Positions 9,302-15,413 of a DNA stretch of 64,000 nucleotides are shown piece after piece. Within the stretch, counting starts at the first letter, position 1; every line of letters begins with the position of its first letter. The stretch is from Candidatus Dormibacteria bacterium. Lineage in GTDB: Bacteria; Chloroflexota; Dormibacteria; Aeolococcales; Bog-877. The DNA is taken from assembly GCA_050734135.1 (NCBI GenBank), contig JBOHUG010000016.1, positions 6,532-70,531 of the forward strand. The letters are read 5' to 3'. Under the pieces are notes generated by a model. The model did no database searches, was not told the DNA's origin, and was given only the letters and a program-made list of their open reading frames with translations. The translations under genes were made by a program, and so were the position numbers.

Positions 9302-9558
9302 TGCCGAGCCAAGTCACGGAGGCTCCCTCGGCGCACCCCTCCGATCTCAGCCGGTGAGGTCTGACGCCACCGCAGATCGGCGTCGCAGAGGGTGACTGGT
9401 ACCACCCCGGCCAGAGCGGCGGCATGCGCTACCCCGTCTCCCGCCAAGAAGACCTGCACCTGATGGCCCGACTCTCGGGCCGCCAGCGCGAGCGCTCGAA
9501 CCGTATGCACCGCTTCGGTGCGCGGTCCGCCGGTCAGCAGGAAAAGAAAGTTCAGCAA
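9265..9558 (-). CDS. DsrE/TusD-like protein
   Basis: 97-aa ORF with a TTG start: LNFLFLLTGGP...VQVFLAGDGV...VTLCDADLRWRQ. It has the single conserved Cys followed by Arg, as at the TusD/DsrE active site. It is shorter than canonical TusD. Confidence 0.5.
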   Translation of the reverse strand: MLNFLFLLTGGPRTEAVHTVRALALAARESGHQVQVFLAGDGVAHAAALAGVVPVTLCDADLRWRQTSPAEIGGVRRGSLRDLARQCQVADRILVFS

Positions 9559-9964
9559 TAGAGACCCAGGGGAAGGTTGTGGTTCAAGCTCCGAGCGTAG
9601 CCCACCCCTCCCACCAGCGCCGACTCTAACTCCCGCGGATCGTCCCCATGCCCAGCGAAGCTCGCCTGGAGCCGTTCTGGCCGGCGCACCTGACTCGGGC
9701 CGCGGTCGGATCCCTGCACCTTGCGTTTTCCTCCACGACGTCTCCGGCTTCGCCGCAGACCGCTCGGAGGTGATTTCGGGCGCCGAGAACAGTGTTACGA
9801 ATGAGCTGCGTGGTCGGCGGGGAACATCGCAGCTCCGCGCTGATCCCGGCTCCCCACCAGCGAGTCAGGGATCACGGCTTCCAGGACGCCCACCGATTGA
9901 GGAGGTCTGCCTCACCCACCCCAGCGGTGCGCTACCCTGCCTCCGAGGATCGCGAGCGCAACCG

Positions 9965-10047
9965 GCCGGGGTGGCGTAATGGTAGCCGCAGCGGTCTTAA
10001 AAACCGCAGTTCGCAAGGACGTGTGGGTTCGATTCCCACCCCCGGCA
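9965..10047 (+). tRNA. tRNA-Leu (anticodon TAA), class II with long variable arm, CCA not encoded
   Basis: Hand fold: acceptor GCCGGGG/CCCCGGC, anticodon stem GCGGT/ACCGC with loop CTTAAAA, long variable arm, T arm GTGGG-TTCGATT-CCCAC, discriminator A. Confidence 0.9.
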
Positions 10048-10119
10048 CTTCAAGTTTCGAAGTGAAAAGATAGATATACGCGAGATGGACCAGGTGGCCG
10101 TAGGGACTGCGAGGCGGGA

Positions 10120-10142
10120 TTGATACCAACTTTGATACCAAC
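10120..10142 (+). repeat. tandem direct repeat, 2 x TTGATACCAAC separated by 1 nt
   Basis: Read directly: ttgataccaac t ttgataccaac, about 70 nt inside the islet's left junction. Confidence 0.8.
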
Positions 10143-10284
10143 CCGAGCCCGCTCGGGACCCCTACGTGGGTCAGGAAACTCCGTCGAGCCTCCGCTCCGT
10201 CGCCGCGCACGACTTTGGTGGCCACCCGCCGAGCTAAGGTCGATCCCCGAGATGACACCGCTGGGCCGCCTCCTAGCGAACAGC

Positions 10285-10509
10285 GGAGTCACGATCAGGA
10301 GCACCCACCACTGCCGTTTGGAGCGGCCTCAAGCGGACCTTGGGCGGAACGTATATCTCCGCCAGCCCAAAGCACCTATGGACTATGTCGACGAGCAGGC
10401 TTTTCGGTTCAACTTCCGGGTCGAGGTGGACGGGAGTCGGTTCACCCAGGCAGTCCGTCAGTCGGACAGCAAGCGACTGACCTATAAGACTCTGACGCAC
10501 GGTTTGTAA
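10285..10509 (+). pseudogene. C-terminal relic of an IS1595-family (ISXO2-like) transposase
   Basis: The ORF tail ...NVYLRQPKAPMDYVDEQAFRFNFRVEVDGSRFTQAVRQSDSKRLTYKTLT resembles the conserved IS1595 C-terminus (..Y.dEf.FR.N.R....rf.......krLtY..L). No zinc-finger or DDE region lies upstream. Confidence 0.45.
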
Positions 10510-10570
10510 CAGTTTCGTGACAACCGTAGACACCGGCACGGTCTTGGAGGCATCCTCGGAGCGGTGGCGC

Positions 10571-10642
10571 TACCCCCACTCGGATTCGAACCGAGATCCC
10601 GCGCTTACAACGCTGCTGCTCTATCCGTTGAGCTATGGGGGC
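10571..10642 (-). tRNA. tRNA-like gene with an aberrant anticodon arm (possible pseudo-tRNA; TGT/Thr in the canonical register, GTA in the best-pairing register)
   Basis: Minus-strand sequence GCCCCCATAGCTCAACGGATAGAGCAGCAGCGTTGTAAGCGCGGGATCTCGGTTCGAATCCGAGTGGGGGTA. The acceptor (G1-U72), D arm and T arm (CTCGG-TTCGAAT-CCGAG) are canonical. The anticodon stem pairs only 2 of 5 positions in the standard register. Confidence 0.45.
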
Positions 10643-10875
10643 GCCCCAAGCCGATGGTGGAGGGCAGCTTCACGGCTGCCCTCCCTCCTTCGGCCTAATT
10701 GGGAAGGTTGAACGGCTGTTCGGCCAAAGTCAATAGTCCGCCGGGGTGATACGGGTGCAATACCCAGGGTTGAGGGGTAGGATGCCAATGGCAGAAGGTG
10801 GACGACCGGCGAAGTGGGAATTCGCCGGAAGCGGAGGTTCAGTCGTGGGAAGGCCCAGGTGGGAGGGCTGAGCGT

Positions 10876-11292
10876 GTGGGTGAGGAACTCTCGGAGGAGC
10901 ACGCCCCGGTGGTCGAACTGCCGCCGAATGCGATCGTGGTTCGTGGCGGGGCCATGGCGGATCGAGACCTGGAGCGCAGCGTCGCGGCCCATCACGCTGA
11001 CCCAGATTGTCGGGAAGAATGGGCGCTGTCGGTCTCGTCGTCGCCCGACGCAACGGCTGCCAAAATCGTTGAAGCCTCAATATGGCTCAACCACCGCACG
11101 TACCGATGGACTCGGGCTTCGAAGCTATTCGATGCCGGGTACCGAGTCATTGAGGATGAACCACCCCATGCACTCGTACTTCTCCCCGGCCCGATGACAC
11201 CGAAGATAGGCGGTGAGTTGCGCGCCGTTTTCGACACCGAGGAAGAAAATCCGTACCACGGAGAGAGGAAGCTACACAGTGGCAAGCCCTAA
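10876..11292 (+). CDS. hypothetical protein (islet ORF A)
   Basis: The ORF is open from 10798. I prefer the GTG at 10876, preceded by GGGAGGG. No family recognised. Confidence 0.45.
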   Translation: MGEELSEEHAPVVELPPNAIVVRGGAMADRDLERSVAAHHADPDCREEWALSVSSSPDATAAKIVEASIWLNHRTYRWTRASKLFDAGYRVIEDEPPHALVLLPGPMTPKIGGELRAVFDTEEENPYHGERKLHSGKP

Positions 11293-11317
11293 TTCGACGC
11301 TGACGTTCGAAGTCGAC

Positions 11318-11650
11318 ATGAACTCGGTACGCGGCAACGAGGTTGGCGCCCCGCTAGCTCACGCCACCGATCCGATCCTTGCTCAACTGACGCCACCACG
11401 CGTCGGAGACTTGGTTATGACGATTGACGAGGAGGGGAATCGGTGCGGCGCTTACGTAAAGAAAGCGACCGACAAGTGGGTGCGCCTTGAATTGAATCCG
11501 GCGCTGTGGGTTCCTGGACTCGATTATCGAGAGACCAGTTCTCCAGCACCGACCGTCCAGTACGCGCAGCTGCCTGGAAGGGAAGCGACTTTGAGCCCAG
11601 CGGCCTCGGTCACGTCAGCCGATCCTCGGTCAGAGTTCAAGGCCGCATAG
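11318..11650 (+). CDS. hypothetical protein (islet ORF B)
   Basis: The ATG at 11318 lies 26 nt after the ORF A stop. The 110-aa product is MNSVRGNEVGAPL...VGDLVMTIDEEGNRCGAYVKKATDKWVRLEL... No family recognised. Confidence 0.45.
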   Translation: MNSVRGNEVGAPLAHATDPILAQLTPPRVGDLVMTIDEEGNRCGAYVKKATDKWVRLELNPALWVPGLDYRETSSPAPTVQYAQLPGREATLSPAASVTSADPRSEFKAA

Positions 11651-11659
11651 GTACGGTCA

Positions 11660-12076
11660 TTGGACGCCGAAGTCCTTCTCTGCGACAACGCTGAGGCGCT
11701 CAACGGGAAGCTTTACATCCTCGGCGGTGGTTGGTCGCTAGTCAATCTGGTTGCGCCGCTGCGCTGCTCGCTCGCGATCCGCATTTCGACGGCTTGGAGT
11801 GAGGCGAACTCCCCACATCGACTCAAAGTGTTGCTGGTCACCCAAGACGGTAATCCAGTTCTGGGCTCCGACGGCAAGCCGGTGATCAACGAAGGGACGT
11901 TCGAAGTGGGGAGGCCCGTCGGCCTGGTGCAAGGCGAAGACCTTGTCAACGCAGTAGTCCTGAACTATGAAGGGCTCGACCTGCCTGCTGGCGGATATGA
12001 ATTCCGCGTGGAGATCGATTCCGTCCTTATCCGAACGGTTCTTTTCAGGGCCATCAAAGGAGTTCCTCAACCATGA
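11660..12076 (+). CDS. hypothetical protein (islet ORF C)
   Basis: 138-aa ORF with a TTG start, 9 nt after the ORF B stop. It has balanced, globular-looking composition (..NGKLYILGGGWSLVN...FEVGRPVG...GGYEFRVEID..). No family assigned. Confidence 0.55.
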   Translation: MDAEVLLCDNAEALNGKLYILGGGWSLVNLVAPLRCSLAIRISTAWSEANSPHRLKVLLVTQDGNPVLGSDGKPVINEGTFEVGRPVGLVQGEDLVNAVVLNYEGLDLPAGGYEFRVEIDSVLIRTVLFRAIKGVPQP

Positions 12077-12243
12077 CCGAAAACTGGACCTACACACCCG
12101 GAAGGCTCGTCTTGGGACCAGCGAGCCCGGAGCCTCAACTGACTGATGTTCCCGAGACCGCGGCCCTGCGGGGGAGGCTTTTGCAGGTACCCAAGGTCGA
12201 GGCCGACGCAGAAAAGGGCCAAGCGCCCGAGGCGGACCTCTAG
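12073..12243 (+). CDS. small hypothetical ORF (56 aa), start overlaps the ORF C stop
   Basis: My reading: the ATG at 12073 overlaps the ORF C TGA (ATGA). The product is MTENWTYTPGRLVLGPASPEPQLTDVPETAALRGRLLQVPKVEADAEKGQAPEADL. It is below the ORF-track size cutoff. Confidence 0.3.
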   Translation: MTENWTYTPGRLVLGPASPEPQLTDVPETAALRGRLLQVPKVEADAEKGQAPEADL

Positions 12244-12283
12244 GAAGCGCTAGCCACTCGCAGCCTCTACTTGTCAGCCGCTA

Positions 12284-12493
12284 GTGAGTAGGTCTCTGGT
12301 CGATCGGCTGGGCATCGCTCAGTCTGAGCTCCAGGCCATCCACGAAGCAATCACGGCACACAACCTAGATTGTCCCCTCTGCGCGACTATGGTCGGGAAG
12401 AGGAAGTGCGCTGACGGCACGACACTACGCACGCGCCGCAAGGAGGGCCGCCAAGGCGTCGAAGCCGCCTTGGCCCGCATTTATAGCTCCTAG
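12284..12493 (+). CDS. small hypothetical protein (69 aa)
   Basis: ORF track only. It contains CPLC...C. No family recognised. Confidence 0.3.
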   Translation: MSRSLVDRLGIAQSELQAIHEAITAHNLDCPLCATMVGKRKCADGTTLRTRRKEGRQGVEAALARIYSS

Positions 12494-12578
12494 GTGAGTC
12501 ATGTACACATCTGCCCCTCCATGCTTCCCGCTGGCTACCCGTGCTTTCAGTTAAAGAAGTCGTGGTCGACAAAAGCCG

Positions 12579-13043
12579 TTAGCCGTAGAGCGACCGGTAC
12601 TCCCCTCCGTTGTAAGAGCACGCTCCATCTCGGCCCCCCGAGTGGCTATAGCTCCCGTCAACGCACTCTTCTAGGTAGCCGTTTGTGCTTTCCCAGAAGC
12701 TCTCGATGCAGTCGAAGTAGCTACAAAAGTTGCTAGGAGCGTCGTAGATCGGGCTGCCGCCGCAGAAGTTGTAGCCCCATGGGTTTGACGGCGCACCGCA
12801 AAGGTTTGTAGTTGGCGCCGCTGGGGGCGCAGTGGTCTGAGCCGGAACCGGCGTCGCGGTCGGCGTGGCCGTCGGGGTTGGGTTCGTACTTGGTGAGGCA
12901 ATTAGACCCGGTGCGGCCCCCGTGTCCTGTGTGCGGGGGTGGTGGCTAGACGGGGCCGCGATGATCCCGATTCCGACCACCAACACGATCGCCGCCACGA
13001 GCGTGCCGCCGCAACCCAGCGCAAACGCACTTCCTCTCTTCAC
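12579..13043 (-). CDS. membrane-anchored or exported Cys-rich protein with a Pro/Thr/Ala linker
   Basis: It has an N-terminal hydrophobic helix, a PTPTATPTATP linker and a C-terminal Cys-rich domain. The tail ECVDGSYSHSGGRDGACSYNGG resembles the C.DG.YS.S....G.CS.HGG motif of DUF3761-type proteins. Confidence 0.55.
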   Translation of the reverse strand: MKRGSAFALGCGGTLVAAIVLVVGIGIIAAPSSHHPRTQDTGAAPGLIASPSTNPTPTATPTATPVPAQTTAPPAAPTTNLCGAPSNPWGYNFCGGSPIYDAPSNFCSYFDCIESFWESTNGYLEECVDGSYSHSGGRDGACSYNGGEYRSLYG

Positions 13044-13098
13044 GAGACCCCTCCAAGCCGGAAGCCGTTACTCTACCGATCCTTCGCCCGGGCGTGTG

Positions 13099-13656
13099 CT
13101 AGCCCGCAGCGTCCTGGCATCCGGCTCGCCACTGGGAGTAGTTGTCGCCGGAGAAGCGCGTGGTGTTCATGTTGGTCCGCGAACAGCCAGGAGGGCCAAG
13201 TACCGAGTTATTGGAAATCTCGTAGTTGTAGCCGTCCTCCCACGACTTGCCGTGCACGTTGGCGGCGACGATCAGGCCGATGATGAGCCCGACAAGGGCG
13301 ACCGCCACTACAGCGCCTAGAACCTGCGCGATCCGGTAGTTTCGCCGCTTCTCCGGGGCCCAAGTCGCGATCTGAGCCCGGCGTTGCGCCCTCTGGGCAG
13401 CCCTGGTTTGGTTGGCTTCTGCTTTCTGGAGCGCGTGCAGGTGGCTGTTCGCCGAATTCACGGCCTGGTTCCGGGCGCCGTGGCGGGTCGGGTCCGCCCA
13501 TCCGCATGCGCAGGCCATCCGATAGCCAGCTCCCCGGTCCAGCCATCTGAGGCGGTGCGTGACCCCGCCGATGGTGGTCATCCCCGGTCTGGGCGCAGGG
13601 GTACACGGCTTGTTGGGAGACCCCAGCGACATGATGTACCGGCGCTTCCATCCCAT
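13099..13656 (-). CDS. hypothetical single-pass membrane protein
   Basis: 185-aa ORF. It has an N-terminal domain with CACGW, a basic coiled segment, one TM helix (VLGAVVAVALVGLIIGLIVAA) and a small Cys-containing ectodomain. Confidence 0.45.
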   Translation of the reverse strand: MGWKRRYIMSLGSPNKPCTPAPRPGMTTIGGVTHRLRWLDRGAGYRMACACGWADPTRHGARNQAVNSANSHLHALQKAEANQTRAAQRAQRRAQIATWAPEKRRNYRIAQVLGAVVAVALVGLIIGLIVAANVHGKSWEDGYNYEISNNSVLGPPGCSRTNMNTTRFSGDNYSQWRAGCQDAAG

Positions 13657-14224
13657 AGCGCAAATGATATGTGTGGCGCTACGCGAGCCGAAGCAAAGTG
13701 ACGCCCGTATTCGCTTGCGACCAAGGTCGCTACAAAGGACCCCTTGTTTGGGTTCTAGAATCCAGGCGTCGCTGAATTGGCGGCAGAGACTCGGACGGGG
13801 AGGCCCTTATTTGGCTCCGCCCGAAGGACCTTCGCCGCTCCGCAGGGGTGCCCCGTACGTCGGAATGGGTTCGGTCTGGTCGCTGACCCCGCTGGCAGCG
13901 CCACCCGGCGACTACCACTATCACCGCCACGACCAGGAGCACCACCAACGCAAGCGGGCCGATCCGTCTGCCAGCTGAGGAAGGCGCGGGCGGAGCCGAC
14001 TTCAGGAGGTTCGGACGCGGGTCGCTGTTCCCGGTCTCAGTTGGCACCATGACGAGGGGCTGTGCCGAGATGCGGGTGTGGCGCGCCTGCCCGCCATCCG
14101 CGCATGACCCCGGCCCGCCGACCAGGTTCTCCCGTGCCGCTCAATTCTCACAAACCGAGTCCAGGACTGTAGCCCAGATCAATCGGACTGACAGTCGCGG
14201 TCCCCTCAGAACCGAATTGGCTCG

Positions 14225-14280
14225 AGTCCTCAAAACCGCCATTAGCAAGGGCGTGTAGGTTCGGCCCCCACCCCCGGCAC
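14225..14280 (+). repeat. partial imperfect copy of the tRNA-Leu(TAA) 3' half (putative attR-side repeat)
   Basis: Hand alignment of 14225..14280 with 9993..10048 gives 44 of 56 identical positions with no gaps. This includes the terminal 16 nt, CCCACCCCCGGCAC plus 2 nt. Confidence 0.7.
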
Positions 14281-14319
14281 GTCGATGCTCGTCGAGCCGC
14301 TTCTAGACTTATCGGCCAG

Positions 14320-14877
14320 ATGCCCAGGTTCGCGAGCTCTAGTCGCGACTACGACCGGAGCCAGGCGGTTCTGGACCTCCCGCACCCGCCACCCCCGGCG
14401 GCGACAGCCTTGGTCGCATCTCTTCTCAGCAGTGAGGGACTGGGTGAACGAGAGCAGCTGGCGGTGGCGCTGCTCGAGGTTCTCAATGACAGCTTTGGCC
14501 TGCCCCCGGTCCGGCTGGTTCTCGCCGACCGGGCCCAAACTCACGCCACAGATCAGCGGGGCCGGTTGGCCCAGAAAACCTACGGCTACTACCGCTGCCG
14601 GATTCCGACTCCGGGAGCCACTCCAGAACGTTGCGCGATCCGGATCTACCACCGGACGGCCATCCGCCAGCAGGTGCTGGCATCGGGAGCGTTCGTGAAC
14701 ACCCTGCTCCACGAATGGACCCACCACTTCGACTTCAGCGGACTCGGTCTGGGACGCTCACCACACACCGCCGGGTTCTTCTCCCGCTTGCGCTGGCTGG
14801 CGGGCACGGTCGGCGCCGCCCGGGTGCTGCCCCCGGAGGCGCAACCCTTGGGGGGCAGGCGTCGCGGTAGCATCTGA
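14320..14877 (+). CDS. SprT-like HExxH zinc-metallopeptidase-domain protein
   Basis: 185-aa ORF with ...IRIYHRTAIRQQVLASGAFVNTLLHEWTHHFDF (HEWTH = HExxH), preceded by the SprT-like block LLEVLNDSFGLPPVRLVL. Confidence 0.5.
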   Translation: MPRFASSSRDYDRSQAVLDLPHPPPPAATALVASLLSSEGLGEREQLAVALLEVLNDSFGLPPVRLVLADRAQTHATDQRGRLAQKTYGYYRCRIPTPGATPERCAIRIYHRTAIRQQVLASGAFVNTLLHEWTHHFDFSGLGLGRSPHTAGFFSRLRWLAGTVGAARVLPPEAQPLGGRRRGSI

Positions 14878-14902
14878 GGGACATCCGCTGCAGGAGGACT
14901 CG

Positions 14903-15382
14903 ATGACCCAGCCCCGATCCCAGCACCGCCGCTACGTCACTCTCACGGGACTCGCTGTCGCTGGGATCGCCTTGCTGATGACGGCTTGTGGGACTGGGCC
15001 CATCCCCGGGGGCCCGTCACAACCCTCCCCGGGCAGCAGTGGGGGGAGCACTAGCGCTTGTACCGCCGCCACCGCCCAGAGCTCGATCACCATCGACGCT
15101 GGCGACAACCTGAAGTTCGCCCCGGCCACGGCCTGCCTCAAGGTCGGGGGAACCGTTACTTGGAAGAACACCGGCGACGTCGCCCACACCACCACCGACA
15201 CGCCTTCGCTAGCAGCGGTGGCCGCCGACTCGGTGCTTCCGGCCGGAGCCGCCGCCTGGAGTCACCCACTGCCGGCTGGCTCCAGTTGGTCACTCAAGCT
15301 GACTGTCGCCGGAACCTACAAGTACTTCTGCATCCCCCACGAGACCCTGGGCATGCTGGGCTCGATCACTGTCGTCAGTTGA
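14903..15382 (+). CDS. cupredoxin (plastocyanin/amicyanin-like) blue-copper lipoprotein
   Basis: It has a lipobox (LLMTAC). The type-1 copper ligand pattern is ...GDVAHTT... then YKYFCIPHETLGM (H, C, H, M). Confidence 0.8.
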   Translation: MTQPRSQHRRYVTLTGLAVAGIALLMTACGTGPIPGGPSQPSPGSSGGSTSACTAATAQSSITIDAGDNLKFAPATACLKVGGTVTWKNTGDVAHTTTDTPSLAAVAADSVLPAGAAAWSHPLPAGSSWSLKLTVAGTYKYFCIPHETLGMLGSITVVS

Positions 15383-15413
15383 GGTTGAGCCCGAGGCTGA
15401 ATCGGCCCCGGTC

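Larger units (their letters stand above)
10049..14224. mobile_element. decayed integrative islet at the 3' end of tRNA-Leu(TAA); no integrase present
   Basis: It is bounded by the tRNA 3' half (9993..10048) and a 56-nt imperfect same-strand copy (14225..14280). There is an AT-rich junction at 10050..10090 and visibly lower GC than the flanks. It contains a transposase relic and a tRNA-like gene. Confidence 0.55.

Noticed and set aside
9518-9979. 153-aa plus-strand ORF in the 400-bp gap between the DsrE-like gene and tRNA-Leu
   Set aside because: It runs into the tRNA gene and has junk-like composition. The gap is treated as a noncoding promoter and leader region.
10120-10284. First 55 codons of the ORF that ends in the transposase relic
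   Set aside because: It has no similarity to transposase N-termini and is Arg/Pro-rich. The ORF is probably open by chance upstream of the relic.
13730-14050. 106-aa minus-strand ORF, and the overlapping plus-strand ORFs at 13559..14052
   Set aside because: The sequence is Arg/Pro/Ser-rich and low-complexity apart from one hydrophobic stretch. Several frames overlap with similar quality, and there is no start context.
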